A stretch of 64,000 nt of DNA from Escherichia coli. GTDB taxonomy: Bacteria > Pseudomonadota > Gammaproteobacteria > Enterobacterales > Enterobacteriaceae. The translations under genes were made by a program, and so were the position numbers. The notes under the pieces were generated by a model, which was not told the origin of the DNA, ran no database searches, and worked only from the letters and a program-made list of their open reading frames with translations. The DNA is taken from assembly GCF_030384885.1 (NCBI RefSeq), contig NZ_CP128615.1; one strand, written 5' to 3'. How positions within the stretch are numbered: position 1 is the first letter of the stretch; every line of letters starts with the position of its first letter. This document shows positions 29,082 through 40,732 of this stretch, piece after piece.

Positions 29082-32043
29082 GTTTTCCGGGCATCCGTAA
29101 GGGCCGAAACTTCCCGTCTTCCAGTCTGCGGCTCTGCCGCCAGACGTAATCGCCGGTTAGGTTGATGTGCTCCCAGCCCAGCGGCGACAGGAATTGCAGC
29201 AGCTCGCCGTCCACCGGCTTGCCGGCCTCGACCAACCCCTGGGTGGCGCGTTCCAGGTACACCGTGTTCCACAGCACGATAGCCGCCGTCACCAGGTTGA
29301 GGCCGCTGGCCCGGTAGCGCTGCTGCTCGAAGCTCCGATCCCTGATTTCCCCAAGGCGGTTGAAGAACACCGCCCTGGCCAGCGAGTTGCGCGCCTCACC
29401 TTTGTTCAGGCCGGCATGCACGCGGCGGCGCAGTTCAACACTTTGCAGCCAGTCCAGGATGAACAGCGTGCGCTCGATCCGGCCCAGCTCGCGCAGGGCC
29501 ACGGCCAGTCCGTTCTGGCGCGGGTAGCTGCCGAGCTTGCGCAGCATCAGCGAGGCGGTGACGGTGCCCTGCTTGATCGAGCTGGCCAGGCGCAGGATGT
29601 CGTCCCAGTGGGCACGCACGTGCTTGATGTTCAGGGTGCCGCCGATCAGCGGGCGCAACGTCGGGTAGGCTTGCACGCCCTGCGGCACGTACAGCTTGGT
29701 TTCGCCGAGGTCGCGGATGCGCGGCGCGAAGCGGAAGCCTAGCAGGTGCATCAGGGCAAAGACGTGATCGGTGAAGCCGGCCGTGTCGGTGTAGTGCTCC
29801 TCGATCCGCAGGTCGGACTCGTGGTACAGCAGGCCGTCGAGCACATAGGTGGAATCGCGGACGCCGACATTCACCACGCGGGTGCTGAACGGCGCGTACT
29901 GGTCGGAGATATGGGTATAGAACAGCCGTCCCGGCTCGCTACCGTACTTCGGGTTGACGTGCCCGGTGCTCTCGCCCCGGCCACCCGCGCGGAAGCGCTG
30001 GCCATCGGAGGATGAGGTCGTGCCGTCGCCCCAGTGGGCGGCAAAGGCGTGGCGATACTGGTGGTTGACCAGCTCGGCCAAGGCCGCCGAATAGGTTTCG
30101 TCGCGGATGTGCCAGGCTTGCAGCCAGGACAGCTTGGCGTAGGTCAGGCCGGGGCTCGACTCGGCCATCTTGGTCAGCCCGAGGTTGATCGCATCACCGA
30201 GGATTGCGGACAGCAGCAACGTCCTGTCTTTGGCCTCGGCCCCGTCCTTCAAGTGGGTGAAGTGGCGGCTGAAGCCCGTCCAGTCGTCCACGTCCATCAG
30301 CAGTTCGGTGATCTTGATGCGCGGCAGTAACTGGCTGGTTTGGTCGATCAGCGCCTGCGCCCGATCCGGCACCGCCGCATCCAGCGGGGTGATTTTCAGC
30401 CCTGACTCGGTGAGGATGGCATCGGGCAGCTCGTTGTCCTTGGCCAGGCGGGTGACGGTGGCCAACTGCTCGTCCAGCAGCTGCAAACGCTCTTCCAGGT
30501 ACTGGTCGCTGTTCGGGTTGATCGCCAGGGGCAGGGCCTGCTCGCGCTTGAGTGCGGCGAACTTCTCGGCCGGCAGCAGGTAGTCGTCGAAGTCGCGGAA
30601 CTGCCGCGAGCCCTTGACCCAGATGTCGCCGGAGCGCAGGGCGTTCTTCAGCTCGGACAGGGCGCAGATTTCGTAGAATTTCCGGTCGAGGCCTTCCGGG
30701 GTGATCACCAGCGGCTTCCAGCGCGGCTTGATGAAGGCCGTGGGTGCATCGGCCGGCACCTTGCGCAGGTTGTCGGCGTTCATCTCACGCAGGGTCTGCA
30801 CGGCTGCCAGCACGCCTTGCGCGGCCGGCGCGGCGCGCAGTTCCAGCACCTCCAGCAAGGCCGGCGTGTAACGGCGCAGGGTGGCGAAGTTCTCGCCGAC
30901 CAGGTGCAGGTGGTCGAAGCCTTCCGGCCGGGCCAGCAGCTCGGCCTCGCTGACGCTCTCGGTGAACTCGTCCCAGGGAATCACCGCCTCGATGGCGGCA
31001 TAGGGGTCGCTGCCGCTTTCCTTCGCTTCCAGCAGCGCCTGGCCGATCCTGGAGTACAGGCGCACCTTGTCGTTGATCGCCTTGCCCTGCTTCTGGAACT
31101 GCTGCTGATGCTTGTGCTTCGCGCCGCTGAACAGCTTGACCAGGATGCGGTCATGCAGATCGACCAGCTCATCGATCACGGTCGCGGTGCTCTCCAGCAC
31201 CACGGCGGCCAGGGTCGCGTAGCGGCGCTGCGGCTCGAACTTACCGAGGTCTTTGGGCGTCATCTGCCCACCCTCGCGGGCCAGCTTGAGCAGGCGGTTC
31301 TGGTGGATGTGCCGGCCCAGGCCTTCGGGCAAGTCCACCAACTGAAATGTCTTCAGCCGCTCGATGTGTTCCAGCATGTGCCGAGAGTTGGGTTTCAGCG
31401 GTGCCTGGCGCAGCCAGGTCAACCAGGTGATGCTGCTGCCGGCCTTGAGCTTCAACAGCTCGTCCAGCTTGGCCCGATGCGAGTCCGTGAGTGGTTCGAC
31501 CAGGGCGCGGTAGACCCGCCGATTGGCTCGCGCAATGGCTTCCGAGCAGGCCCGGTCAATCACGCTCAGCGCCGGCAGGATGCGTCGTTTCTGCCGTAGG
31601 CTCTCCAGGGCCTGACCGGCCAGCAGCAAGCCTTTGTCGGTCTGCTGGGCCAGCTCGGTTAGCTCGCGCACCAGGGCGCGGAAGTCGGACAGGCCGAACG
31701 GGGCCAGTTGCAGGTAGGTGCGCAGTTCCTGGGCATGCTCGCGACGGGTCACGTCGCGCTCGCCGTACTTTGCCCAGCTCGCCGGCTCGGCCTGGACTTG
31801 CTTCGCCACCCACAGGATGACCGGCTCGGGCAGCTCGCTGTCGGTTCCCAGCGCGTAACCGGGGTAGCGCAGCAGGCAGAGCTGCACGGCGAAGCCGAGG
31901 CGGTTGGCGTCGCCGCGTCGCTGGCGGATCAGCGACAGGTCGGAGTCGTTGAAGGTGTAGTAGCGGATCAGGTCATCCTGGCTTTCCGGCAGCGCAAGCA
32001 GGGTGTCCCGCTCCGTGGCCGAGAGGATCAAGCGACGCGGCAT
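29077..32043 (-). CDS. tnpA: Tn3-family transposase TnpA (Tn1721-type)
   Basis: 988-aa ORF; C-terminal ...[17 protein letters not shown] motif. Confidence 0.9.
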   Translation of the reverse strand: MPRRLILSATERDTLLALPESQDDLIRYYTFNDSDLSLIRQRRGDANRLGFAVQLCLLRYPGYALGTDSELPEPVILWVAKQVQAEPASWAKYGERDVTRREHAQELRTYLQLAPFGLSDFRALVRELTELAQQTDKGLLLAGQALESLRQKRRILPALSVIDRACSEAIARANRRVYRALVEPLTDSHRAKLDELLKLKAGSSITWLTWLRQAPLKPNSRHMLEHIERLKTFQLVDLPEGLGRHIHQNRLLKLAREGGQMTPKDLGKFEPQRRYATLAAVVLESTATVIDELVDLHDRILVKLFSGAKHKHQQQFQKQGKAINDKVRLYSRIGQALLEAKESGSDPYAAIEAVIPWDEFTESVSEAELLARPEGFDHLHLVGENFATLRRYTPALLEVLELRAAPAAQGVLAAVQTLREMNADNLRKVPADAPTAFIKPRWKPLVITPEGLDRKFYEICALSELKNALRSGDIWVKGSRQFRDFDDYLLPAEKFAALKREQALPLAINPNSDQYLEERLQLLDEQLATVTRLAKDNELPDAILTESGLKITPLDAAVPDRAQALIDQTSQLLPRIKITELLMDVDDWTGFSRHFTHLKDGAEAKDRTLLLSAILGDAINLGLTKMAESSPGLTYAKLSWLQAWHIRDETYSAALAELVNHQYRHAFAAHWGDGTTSSSDGQRFRAGGRGESTGHVNPKYGSEPGRLFYTHISDQYAPFSTRVVNVGVRDSTYVLDGLLYHESDLRIEEHYTDTAGFTDHVFALMHLLGFRFAPRIRDLGETKLYVPQGVQAYPTLRPLIGGTLNIKHVRAHWDDILRLASSIKQGTVTASLMLRKLGSYPRQNGLAVALRELGRIERTLFILDWLQSVELRRRVHAGLNKGEARNSLARAVFFNRLGEIRDRSFEQQRYRASGLNLVTAAIVLWNTVYLERATQGLVEAGKPVDGELLQFLSPLGWEHINLTGDYVWRQSRRLEDGKFRPLRMPGKP

Positions 32044-32046
32044 GTG

Positions 32047-32607
32047 TCAGTCGTCCGTGCGGAGGTACTGGTAGAGGGTTTCCCGGCTGATGTTGAACTC
32101 GCGGGCAAGCTGCGCCTTGGGCTCGCCGGCCGTCGCTCGCTGCCGCAGGGTAGCAGCCTGCTCATCGGACAGGGCTTTCTTGCGGCCCCGGTACGCGCCA
32201 CGCTGCTTGGCCAAGGCGATGCCCTCACGCTGCCGCTCGCGGATCAGGGCGCGCTCGAACTCAGCGAAGGCCCCCATCACCGACAGCATCAGGTTGGCCA
32301 TCGGCGAGTCCTCGCCAGTGAACACCAGGCCCTCCTTCAGGAACTCGATGCGCACGCCGCGCTGAGTCAGCTTCTGTACCAAGCGACGCAGGTCATCGAG
32401 GTTGCGGGCCAGCCGATCCATGCTGTGCACCACCACTGTATCGCCTTCGCGGACGAAGCTCAGCAGCGCTTCGAGCTGGGGGCGCTGGGTGTCCTTGCCC
32501 GATGCCTTGTCGGTGAACACCTTGCTCACCTGGGTTTGTTCCAGCTGGCGTTCCGGGTTCTGGTCAAAGCTGCTGACCCGGACGTAGCCGATGCGGTGCC
32601 CCTGCAC
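32047..32607 (-). CDS. tnpR: serine resolvase TnpR
   Basis: 186-aa ORF MQGHRIGYVRVSSFDQNPERQ... with catalytic Ser and C-terminal HTH. Confidence 0.9.
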   Translation of the reverse strand: MQGHRIGYVRVSSFDQNPERQLEQTQVSKVFTDKASGKDTQRPQLEALLSFVREGDTVVVHSMDRLARNLDDLRRLVQKLTQRGVRIEFLKEGLVFTGEDSPMANLMLSVMGAFAEFERALIRERQREGIALAKQRGAYRGRKKALSDEQAATLRQRATAGEPKAQLAREFNISRETLYQYLRTDD

Positions 32608-32800
32608 GATGTCTCCTTGGTTGAAGGCGGCTTAAGTGCACTTTCTGTTCCGTTGTGCCTCAAAGCCCATTTCTGTCAGGCTGAAATCTATAACCTTCGC
32701 GGGCATGTGTCAAAAAATGGGAAAGCAGACTCTATTCTGACGAAGCGGCGCGCCCTGCCTGACATCAAGTTAGGGTATAGCCTAGATTGACATGCGCGAT
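32608..32800. promoter_or_regulatory. probable res site / tnpR promoter region
   Basis: AT-rich intergenic region between tnpR and mcp, by position only. Confidence 0.4.
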
Positions 32801-32915
32801 GCAACCCTTAACTTGCTTGCACCTATCGTTTCCATGCTAGCTTTATCGTAACGCTCAAGAAATTGGGCTTAATGCCGAAAACAATAAAATAAAACAGCCA
32901 ACCCTTGAGGTTCTT

Positions 32916-34493
32916 ATGCGCCAGAATTTACCAGTGACGGGTCGAAACTTAGAACTCCCAAAAGATGCCAATATTCTTTCGACTACCTCCCCTCAAAGCC
33001 ATATCACGTACGTTAATCCTGACTTCATTAAAATCAGTGGTTTCACTGAGGAAGAACTATTAGGCCAGCCTCACAACATCGTAAGACACCCAGATATGCC
33101 GCCTGCTGCATTTGAGCATATGTGGAGTACATTAAAATCTGGCCGCTCATGGATGGGGCTAGTAAAAAATCGCTGTAAAAATGGCGACCACTATTGGGTA
33201 AGTGCTTATGTAACGCCAATAGCTAAGAATGGTTCGATTGTTGAATACCAGTCTGTAAGGACCAAGCCTGAACCTGAGCAGGTTTTGGCTGCGGAAAAAT
33301 TATATGCTCAATTGAGAAGCGGGAAGGCCGCGAGGCCGAAATTGGCTGCTAGCTTTTCCGTGAAAATACTCTTGCTCATATGGGGTAGTATTATATCAAG
33401 CGCAATGGCTGCCGGCATGCTTACTGATACATCAATAAGCAGCTTATTGTTAGCCACTTTAATGTCAGGAAGCTTAAGCTCTGTTAGTGTTTTGGCTATT
33501 CTCTCTCCTCTTGGAAGACTGGTTGAAAGAGCCAGGAATATTTCCAATAACCCATTAAGTCAATCCCTCTACACTGGGCGCACCGATGAGTTTGGCCAAA
33601 TAGAGTTTGCTTTACGAATGATGCAAGCTGAAACAGGCGCCATAGTAGGTCGCATAGGTGATGCATCAAATCGGCTTAGCGAACACACCCGAGGCCTACT
33701 AAAGGATATTGAGTCAAGCAATGTACTTACAGTTGAGCAGCAGGCAGAGACAGATCAAATAGCAACGGCAGTAAACCAAATGGTGGCAAGCATTCAAGAG
33801 GTTGCGAGCAATGCACAGCATGCTGCAGATGCGGCCGGAAGAGCAGACACTGAGACGGCATCTGGCCAGCGTCTGGTAGCCCACACAAGCCAGTCAATCA
33901 CTGCCCTTGAAGGTGAAATTAGGCAAGCCACTCAGGTTATTCATGAGCTTGAAGGTCAAAGTAACGAGATATCAAAAGTTCTTGACGTTATACGAGGGAT
34001 CGCCGAGCAAACGAATTTGTTGGCACTCAACGCAGCAATTGAGGCCGCGCGTGCTGGTGAGCAGGGGCGTGGTTTTGCTGTTGTCGCCGATGAGGTTCGC
34101 AGTCTTGCTGCTCGCACACAGCAATCGACAACGGATATTCAAAGCATGATCAGCGCTCTACAAGAGCGAGCGCAATCCGCTGTTACAGTCATGGAGCAAA
34201 GTAGTCGGCAAGCGCACACGAGTGTAGCTCACGCAGAGGAAGCAGCTACAGCTCTTGATGGAATTGGCCAACGCGTTAACGAAATTACCGACATGAACGC
34301 GCAAATAGCGACTGCGGTCGAGCAGCAGGGAGCAGTAAGTGAAGACATAAACCGCAGTATTATCAATATACGCGATGCTGCTGATACCAATGTACAGACC
34401 GGGCAGAATAATTTGCAAAGTGCGAAATCTGTCGCTCAGTTAACTAGCGCTCTGAGCGAACTGGCAAAACAGTTTTGGGAAAAACGAGGATAA
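32916..34493 (+). CDS. methyl-accepting chemotaxis-like protein (Tn1721 orfI-type, PAS + MCP signalling domain)
   Basis: 525-aa ORF; PAS-like N-terminus, TM segment, MCP signalling repeats ([30 protein letters not shown]). Confidence 0.85.
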   Translation: MRQNLPVTGRNLELPKDANILSTTSPQSHITYVNPDFIKISGFTEEELLGQPHNIVRHPDMPPAAFEHMWSTLKSGRSWMGLVKNRCKNGDHYWVSAYVTPIAKNGSIVEYQSVRTKPEPEQVLAAEKLYAQLRSGKAARPKLAASFSVKILLLIWGSIISSAMAAGMLTDTSISSLLLATLMSGSLSSVSVLAILSPLGRLVERARNISNNPLSQSLYTGRTDEFGQIEFALRMMQAETGAIVGRIGDASNRLSEHTRGLLKDIESSNVLTVEQQAETDQIATAVNQMVASIQEVASNAQHAADAAGRADTETASGQRLVAHTSQSITALEGEIRQATQVIHELEGQSNEISKVLDVIRGIAEQTNLLALNAAIEAARAGEQGRGFAVVADEVRSLAARTQQSTTDIQSMISALQERAQSAVTVMEQSSRQAHTSVAHAEEAATALDGIGQRVNEITDMNAQIATAVEQQGAVSEDINRSIINIRDAADTNVQTGQNNLQSAKSVAQLTSALSELAKQFWEKRG

Positions 34494-34643
34494 CGCTTTT
34501 CAGTATCTCGACAGGGATAACTTACTTTACCATCGGTTATCCCTTTTAGCCGCACAAATTTTAGCCATGGCTTTTCAGGAAGTCAGGGCTATCAGAATGG
34601 CCTTAGAAAGCCTAGTCAAAGAGCTGTCACGAGAACACCGTTA

Positions 34644-34681
34644 GCTTAGCGTACGATTTTTTCCGAATTCTGCGGTTCCCC
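34644..34681. repeat. Tn1721 terminal inverted repeat (mcp side)
   Basis: reverse complement of GGGGAACCGCAGAATTCGGAAAAAATCGTACGCTAAG. Confidence 0.8.
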
Positions 34682-34715
34682 CTTAATTTCAGTATCTGTT
34701 ATTACAGTTGGGTAT

Positions 34716-34790
34716 CGGTGATGCTGCCAACTTACTGATTTAGTGTATGATGGTGTTTTTGAGGTGCTCCAGTGGCTTCTGTTTCTATGG
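34716..34790 (+). mobile_element. IS1 terminal fragment (IR plus first ~75 bp)
   Basis: GGTGATGCTGCCAACTTACTGATTTAGTGTATGATGG...; joined directly to a Tn3-family IR. Confidence 0.8.
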
Positions 34791-34828
34791 GGTCAGTTTG
34801 GATATCGAAAATTATTGTACGTTAAGGT
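34791..34828. repeat. Tn3-family 38-bp terminal inverted repeat (unidentified transposon)
   Basis: GGGGTCAGTTTGGATATCGAAAATTATTGTACGTTAAG followed on minus strand by a tnpA 3' fragment. Confidence 0.7.
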
Positions 34829-35147
34829 CGTTTTTTGACCTTTCTACTTTAGCTGGCCTCAGCCGACGAAACTTACCGGAGGCCGGTATTCTGTTGTTTT
34901 TCCAGATGTAATCGCCTGTCAGATTGATATGCTCCCAGCCTAACGGCGACAAATGTGACAGCAGTTGCTCGTTGATCTTCACCCCTTTACGCTTCAGGGC
35001 ATCGACCGCTCTTTCCATATACACTGTATTCCACAGCGAGATAGTTGCTGTCAGCAGCGTCAGTCCACTGGCGCGGTAGCTCTGATTTTCCGGTTTACGA
35101 TCCCTGATTTCACCCAGACGGTGCAGGAATACCGCGCGCGCTAGAGA
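34812..35147 (-). pseudogene. Tn3-family transposase TnpA, C-terminal ~110 codons only
   Basis: ...[17 protein letters not shown]...[17 protein letters not shown]...; homology to TnpA ends near 35147. Confidence 0.75.
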
Positions 35148-35666
35148 GAGCTCCCATCGCTGCGCGACGGGCCCCAACCGGAGAACCAAGTTAGTTACAG
35201 CATTCAGATGAAAATTCATCATAAAACCGGCGCCGGTTTGCCAGCCAGGAGCCCCTCCCCACCACTGAAAAGCGCCGCCGCCCCCGGCCGAAGGCCGGGA
35301 GTAGTGTCGCTTTTAATGATGGGTGTTGTAACTACTCTTCGTCATCTCTGTGAGTAGTGTCGCGGTAAGTTCTGGGATACACGCTCGTAAGCGGCCCTAA
35401 CGGCCCGCTAACGCGGAGATACGCCCCGACTGCGGCTGTCGCCTTGCCGGGACCACTCCGACCGCGTACAGAGGCATCTGAGCCGTTTTTAGCGGGTATA
35501 GCTTTGCAGGGAAGGGGGTGGGTGAGGCAGAACCTGTCAAAACAGCAGCCGGCTGCGCCGGGCGACGGCGCCATTTACCCGCAGTACTCCATTCAACTTC
35601 AGCTGGCGCCTCCATGCCGCTGACGCGGCATTATCTATACTTTAAGTCTGGCCACTGGAGGTAACC

Positions 35667-35751
35667 ATGTGCGGACGTTTTTCTCAGTCTATGACGCGGG
35701 AAGAGTATCTTTCTCTCCTCGCCAATGAAGCCGATCGAAATATTGCCTACG
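35667..35751 (+). pseudogene. SRAP/YedK-like (DUF159) gene, first 28 codons only, truncated by IS903
   Basis: MCGRFSQSMTREEYLSLLANEADRNIAY with RBS GGAGGT; runs into the IS903 IR at 35752. Confidence 0.5.
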
Positions 35752-35912
35752 GGCTTTGTTGAATAAATCAGATTTCGGGTAAGTCTCCCCCGTAGCGGGT
35801 TGTGTTTTCAGGCAATACGCACGCTTTCAGGCATACCTGCTTTCGTCATTTTGTTCAGCGCTCGTACCAGGGCCATAGCGGGGTCGTTTGCGGGAGGGGG
35901 CGGAATCCTACG

Positions 35913-38798
35913 CTAAGGCTTTGGCCAGCGATATTCTCCGGTGAGATTGATGTGTTCCCATCCGAGCGGCGAAACATGGGCCAAGAGATCGGGCGATAGC
36001 AGCTTTCCATCGCGTTTCTGGTTTGCAACGACCTCGCCGAGCTTCATGGTGTTCCAGAAGATGATGATGGCGGCGAGCAGATTCATGCCGGCGATGCGGT
36101 AATGCTGGCCTTCGGCGGAACGGTCGCGGATTTCACCGCGGCGGTGGAAGCTGATTGCCCGCTTCAGCGCATGATGAGCTTCGCCTTTGTTGAGCCCGAT
36201 CTGGGCACGCCGTTGGAGTTCGGCATCCAGAATCCAGTCGATCATGAACAGGGTGCGCTCGACGCGACCGACTTCCCGCAGGGCTGTCGCGAGCTCGTTC
36301 TGCCGCGGATAGGAGGCGAGTTTCCGCAGAATCTGGCTTGGCGCGACGGTCCCGGCAGCAATGGTGGCGGCGATGCGCAGGATGTCGGGCCAATTGCGCT
36401 CGATCATGGCTTGGTTGACCTTTCCGCCGATCAACGCTCGCAGGTGCGCCGGGGCGGCCGACGGATTGAACGCGTAGAGCCGTTTGGATGGCAGGTCGCG
36501 GATGCGCGGAGCGAACCGGTAGCCGAGAATGGCACATGCGGCAAAGACGTGATCGGTGAAGCCGCCCGTGTCGGTGAACTGCTCGCGGATATGGCGTCCA
36601 GCATCGTTCATCAGCAGGCCATCGAGGATGTAAGGCGCTTCGCTTGCCGTTGCAGGAATCACCTGGGTTGCGAACGGCGCATATTGGTCGGAGACGTGGC
36701 TATAGGCTTTCAGGCCCGGGGTATTGCCATATTTCGCGTTGACCAGGTTCATGGCCTCACCTTGCTCTGTAGCGACGAAGAACTGTCCGTCGCTCGAAGC
36801 CGACGTGCCCATGCCCCAGAACCGGGCCATGGGTAACGCTGCCTGTGCCTCGACCACCATGGCCAGCGCCCGGTCATAGGCTTCGCCCTCGACATGCCAC
36901 CGTCCAATGCGGATCAATTCCCAGAAGGTGTGGGTGTTTGTCGCATCCGCCATTTTGCGCAAGCCGAGGTTGATCCCTTCCGCCAAGATAACGTTCATTA
37001 GCCCGATCCGGTCAGCGCAGGGTGCTCCTGTGCGCAGATGGGTGAACGCTTCGGTGAAGCCGGTCGCCGCATCCACCTCCAGCAGGAGATCGGTGATGCG
37101 CGTGGGCGGGATCTGCTTGTAGAGATCGAGCACCAGATCTTCGGCGCCTGTCGGCGCGGCGGCTTCGAGTTTCTCGATATGCAGAACGCCGTTTTCAATC
37201 GACCCGCCCGGGATCGTGCCTGCGCGAGCGGCACGGCCAAGCTCGCGCAACCGCATGTCGAGGCGAGCTTGCCGGTCTGCCAGCCATTCCTCCGGCCGCA
37301 ATGGCACAGCGAGACGACCGCCTTCCGCGATGGATTGTGCCGGAACGAGTGCGTGTTTCAGATCGCCATAGCGCCGGGACCTAGTAAGCCAGACATCTCC
37401 GGAGCGGAACGCATCGCGCAGATGGAACAGCACCGCGATCTCCCATAGGCGAGCGTCGCCAGCCCTCTGGGCCCGAAGGTGGCGATGCCATTTCGAGCTG
37501 GGCCGCAAGAAGCTGGTCATCGCGGCATCGTTCAAACCGGTACGAAGGGCCGTCACCGCTTCCAGAAGCGGCAGTGCAACGGGCGCAGCTCGCAGATCGA
37601 GCAGGCGCAACATGCGTGGAGCGTATCGGCGGAAGCGGTGATAACCGTCGAGCACATGATTGAGCGGATCGTCGGCCATGGTGGCGGTCAGCCTGGTTGC
37701 CATTGCAACAAGGGTTTTTAAGCCGTCCCACCCTGACCCACTCGCGATGACATCGCCCAGCGGCTGGCCATCATCCTGTGCATCGACCAGGGCGCCCCCG
37801 ATCTCGGCGAAGGATTTCAGGGTGTCACGCACCACCCCCGCTTCGTCTGCGACCTTTGCATGGCAAATACGCTCCGAAGCACGGTAGAGACGGCCGACGA
37901 TCCGGTCGTGGGTTTCGACCACTGCGTCGGCCAACATCGCCTGCCATTCCGAGACGCAAACAGCCAAGATCGCAAGCCGCCTGTCCTCCGGGAGATCGCG
38001 CATGCCGTCGGCATAATACCGTTCACCCTGCCTGCGCAGACGAGTCACCCGATGGGCAGGAACGCCGGCAAGCAGATCCTCGGGGAGATCGATGCGTTGC
38101 AGATATTCGAGCCGGTCGAGCAGCCGGTTGGCCGACGAAGAGTTCGAGCCAGGCTCGAACTGGCGCAGCCACACAAAACGGGTCACCCGATCATCAGCCG
38201 TCTCCTCGAGCAATGCCAGCAACTGTTCTCGGATCGACATAGGCAGCCGACTGGCGATCCTCGTCTCGATGCGTCGCTCGGCATCGACGAGAGCCGCGGC
38301 ACAAAGCCGCTCGATCGTGGATGTCGCGGGAAGGACAGTGCGGGTGCGTCGGCACTCGGCTACGAAGCGACGGGCGATATCCTCGTTCGACACCGCCATC
38401 TCGGCTTCTCGGAACAACCATTCCTTCAGCTCGCTCGCACCACGTCCGGAGAAGGTGCGGAAGCCGTAGAGCCCCCGTAACTCGGCAAGATGCTCGTGCC
38501 GTGTTTCCTCGCGGGCAGCATAGTCTACGAGATCGTCGGCACCCAGGCCAAGCTGCGCTCCGATAAATTCGATGACCTCTGCAGGGATCAGTTCGCCTGG
38601 AGCCAGCACCCGGCCGGGATAGCGCAGGACACACAATTGCAGGGCGAAGCCGAACCTGTTGTGAGCGCGCCGACGCAGCCTGATATGCCCAAGGTCTTCA
38701 TCACTCAGCGTATAGTGCTTGAGCAAATCCGTCTGTGAAGTCGGCAAGCGCAACAGCGCGTCTTTCTGCCGATCGGTTAGAGTGACGCGACGCGGCAT
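35913..38798 (-). CDS. tnpA: Tn3-family transposase TnpA (Tn5393)
   Basis: 961-aa ORF; C-terminal ...[17 protein letters not shown]. Confidence 0.9.
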   Translation of the reverse strand: MPRRVTLTDRQKDALLRLPTSQTDLLKHYTLSDEDLGHIRLRRRAHNRFGFALQLCVLRYPGRVLAPGELIPAEVIEFIGAQLGLGADDLVDYAAREETRHEHLAELRGLYGFRTFSGRGASELKEWLFREAEMAVSNEDIARRFVAECRRTRTVLPATSTIERLCAAALVDAERRIETRIASRLPMSIREQLLALLEETADDRVTRFVWLRQFEPGSNSSSANRLLDRLEYLQRIDLPEDLLAGVPAHRVTRLRRQGERYYADGMRDLPEDRRLAILAVCVSEWQAMLADAVVETHDRIVGRLYRASERICHAKVADEAGVVRDTLKSFAEIGGALVDAQDDGQPLGDVIASGSGWDGLKTLVAMATRLTATMADDPLNHVLDGYHRFRRYAPRMLRLLDLRAAPVALPLLEAVTALRTGLNDAAMTSFLRPSSKWHRHLRAQRAGDARLWEIAVLFHLRDAFRSGDVWLTRSRRYGDLKHALVPAQSIAEGGRLAVPLRPEEWLADRQARLDMRLRELGRAARAGTIPGGSIENGVLHIEKLEAAAPTGAEDLVLDLYKQIPPTRITDLLLEVDAATGFTEAFTHLRTGAPCADRIGLMNVILAEGINLGLRKMADATNTHTFWELIRIGRWHVEGEAYDRALAMVVEAQAALPMARFWGMGTSASSDGQFFVATEQGEAMNLVNAKYGNTPGLKAYSHVSDQYAPFATQVIPATASEAPYILDGLLMNDAGRHIREQFTDTGGFTDHVFAACAILGYRFAPRIRDLPSKRLYAFNPSAAPAHLRALIGGKVNQAMIERNWPDILRIAATIAAGTVAPSQILRKLASYPRQNELATALREVGRVERTLFMIDWILDAELQRRAQIGLNKGEAHHALKRAISFHRRGEIRDRSAEGQHYRIAGMNLLAAIIIFWNTMKLGEVVANQKRDGKLLSPDLLAHVSPLGWEHINLTGEYRWPKP

Positions 38799-38923
38799 AC
38801 ATGTTCCTTTTTCAAAATCTGATAGCGTTCAAGACGCTTTGTTTATGAAGCTGGTTGAGATACATTTCCAGAGGTCAATGCAATCGTGGCCGAAGCGCCG
38901 CCTCAAACCAACGTTTGTGATAC

Positions 38924-39538
38924 ATGCTGATCGGATATGCCCGCGTCTCCAAAGCCGATGGCTCGCAGTCTCTCGACCTGCAGCACGACGCCTTGCGCGC
39001 CGCAGGTGTCGAACGGGACAATATCTATGATGATCTTGCTTCCGGCGGTCGTGATGATCGCCCTGGCTTGACTGCCTGCCTCAAGTCATTGCGTGACGGC
39101 GATGTGCTGGTGGTCTGGAAGCTCGATCGCCTCGGACGATCGCTTGCCCATCTGGTCAACACGGTGAAGGAGCTGTCAGACCGCAAGATCGGCCTGCGGG
39201 TTCTGACTGGAAAGGGCGCTCAGATCGACACCACGACTGCGTCCGGTCGCATGGTGTTCGGAATCTTCGCCACCTTGGCCGAGTTCGAGCGGGATCTGAT
39301 CCGAGAGCGCACCATGGCGGGTCTCGCCTCCGCGAGAGCGCGCGGTCGCAAGGGCGGACGAAAATTCGCGCTCACCAAAGCTCAGGTGCGTCTCGCGCAA
39401 GCCGCCATGGCCCAGCGCGATACTTCAGTTTCCGATCTCTGCAAGGAACTCGGCATCGAGCGCGTCACTCTCTACCGATATGTCGGTCCCAAAGGCGAGC
39501 TCAGAGACCATGGAAAGCATGTTCTCGGACTTACGTAG
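38924..39538 (+). CDS. tnpR: serine resolvase TnpR (Tn5393)
   Basis: 204-aa ORF MLIGYARVSKADGSQSLDLQ... Confidence 0.9.
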   Translation: MLIGYARVSKADGSQSLDLQHDALRAAGVERDNIYDDLASGGRDDRPGLTACLKSLRDGDVLVVWKLDRLGRSLAHLVNTVKELSDRKIGLRVLTGKGAQIDTTTASGRMVFGIFATLAEFERDLIRERTMAGLASARARGRKGGRKFALTKAQVRLAQAAMAQRDTSVSDLCKELGIERVTLYRYVGPKGELRDHGKHVLGLT

Positions 39539-39581
39539 TGGACTTGCCTCGGTTTCGTTCCGGTCTTTTTGAGAGCATTAT

Positions 39582-39878
39582 TTGTTATCAAGGAGACCAT
39601 ATATGTCATTAAAGCATAGTGATGAATTTAAGCGTGATGCAGTTCGCATAGCACTCACTAGTGGCTTAACACGCCGTCAAGTTGCGTCAGATTTAAGTAT
39701 TGGGCTTTCCACGCTTGGGAAATGGATCGCATCAATTTCCGATGAAACTAAAATTCCTACCCAAGACACTGATCTTCTGCGTGAGAATGAACGTTTACGC
39801 AAAGAGAACCGTATCCTTCGGGAGGAGAGGGAGATATTAAAAAAGGCAGCAATATTTTTCGCAGTACAAAAGCTGTGA
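39582..39878 (+). CDS. IS1133 transposase OrfA
   Basis: 98-aa ORF with HTH. Confidence 0.8.
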   Translation: MLSRRPYMSLKHSDEFKRDAVRIALTSGLTRRQVASDLSIGLSTLGKWIASISDETKIPTQDTDLLRENERLRKENRILREEREILKKAAIFFAVQKL

Positions 39879-40732
39879 GATTTCAGTTTATTACGGATTA
39901 CCGTGGCTCTCTCTCACGTTCACGCATATGTCGTTTGATGGGCGTAACAGATCGTGGTTTACGTGCATGGAAACGCCGTCCTCCATCACTGCGCCAGCGT
40001 CGTGATCTTATACTTCTAGCGCATATACGTGAGCAGCATCGGTTGTGTTTGGGGAGCTATGGTAGGCCGCGTATGACAGAAGAGTTGAAAGCGCTGGGCC
40101 TGCAGGTTGGGCAGCGTCGGGTTGGACGTTTGATGCGCCAGAATAACATTACAGTTGTTCGAACGCGTAAATTCAAACGGACAACGGATAGTCATCATAC
40201 CTTCAACATTGCACCGAACCTATTAAAACAAGACTTTAGCGCAAGCGCACCCAACCAGAAATGGGCAGGCGATATCACTTATGTTTGGACCAGAGAAGGA
40301 TGGGTCTATCTTGCTGTTATCCTTGACCTGTATTCCCGTCGCGTGATTGGCTGGGCAACAGGTGATCGATTAAAGCAGGATCTTGCATTAAGGGCACTGA
40401 ATATGGCGTTGGCTTTACGCAAACCACCACCGGGTTGTATTCAACACACAGACCGTGGGAGCCAATATTGCGCTCATGAATATCAAAAGCTACTGCTCAA
40501 ACATCAATTGCTGCCGTCCATGAGCGGGAAAGGCAATTGTTTTGATAACTCCGCAGTAGAAAGCTTCTTTAAATCATTAAAGGCTGAGTTGATTTGGCGC
40601 AGACACTGGCAAACAAGGCGAGATATTGAGATTGCAATCTTCGAATATATAAATGGCTTTTATAATCCACGCCGAAGACATTCAACACTCGGCTGGAAAT
40701 CGCCGGTGGCATTTGAGAAAAAAGCCGCTTAA
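39875..40732 (+). CDS. IS1133 transposase OrfB (DDE/rve)
   Basis: 285-aa ORF; 4-bp overlap with orfA. Confidence 0.8.
   Translation: MRFQFITDYRGSLSRSRICRLMGVTDRGLRAWKRRPPSLRQRRDLILLAHIREQHRLCLGSYGRPRMTEELKALGLQVGQRRVGRLMRQNNITVVRTRKFKRTTDSHHTFNIAPNLLKQDFSASAPNQKWAGDITYVWTREGWVYLAVILDLYSRRVIGWATGDRLKQDLALRALNMALALRKPPPGCIQHTDRGSQYCAHEYQKLLLKHQLLPSMSGKGNCFDNSAVESFFKSLKAELIWRRHWQTRRDIEIAIFEYINGFYNPRRRHSTLGWKSPVAFEKKAA

Larger units (their letters stand above)
25625..34681 (-). mobile_element. Tn1721-derived transposon segment (mcp-tnpR-tnpA-IR-tetR-tetA(A)-pecM-like), lacking the pecM-side terminal IR
   Basis: 38-bp IRs GGGGAGCCCGCAGAATTCGGAAAAAATCGTACGCTAAG (internal, 29044-29081) and its variant at 34644-34681; gene content and order match Tn1721 as recalled; left boundary approximate. 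Confidence 0.8.

Noticed and set aside
29167-32790. Numerous overlapping ORFs antisense to the Tn1721 tnpA/tnpR (e.g. 29167-29742, 30817-31599, 31708-32790)
   Set aside because: Typical spurious open frames in GC-rich DNA opposite a well-supported long gene.
36102-38738. Overlapping ORFs antisense to, or frame-shifted within, Tn5393 tnpA (e.g. 36102-36836, 37860-38480, 38194-38634)
   Set aside because: Same GC-rich artefact; the 961-aa tnpA explains the region.
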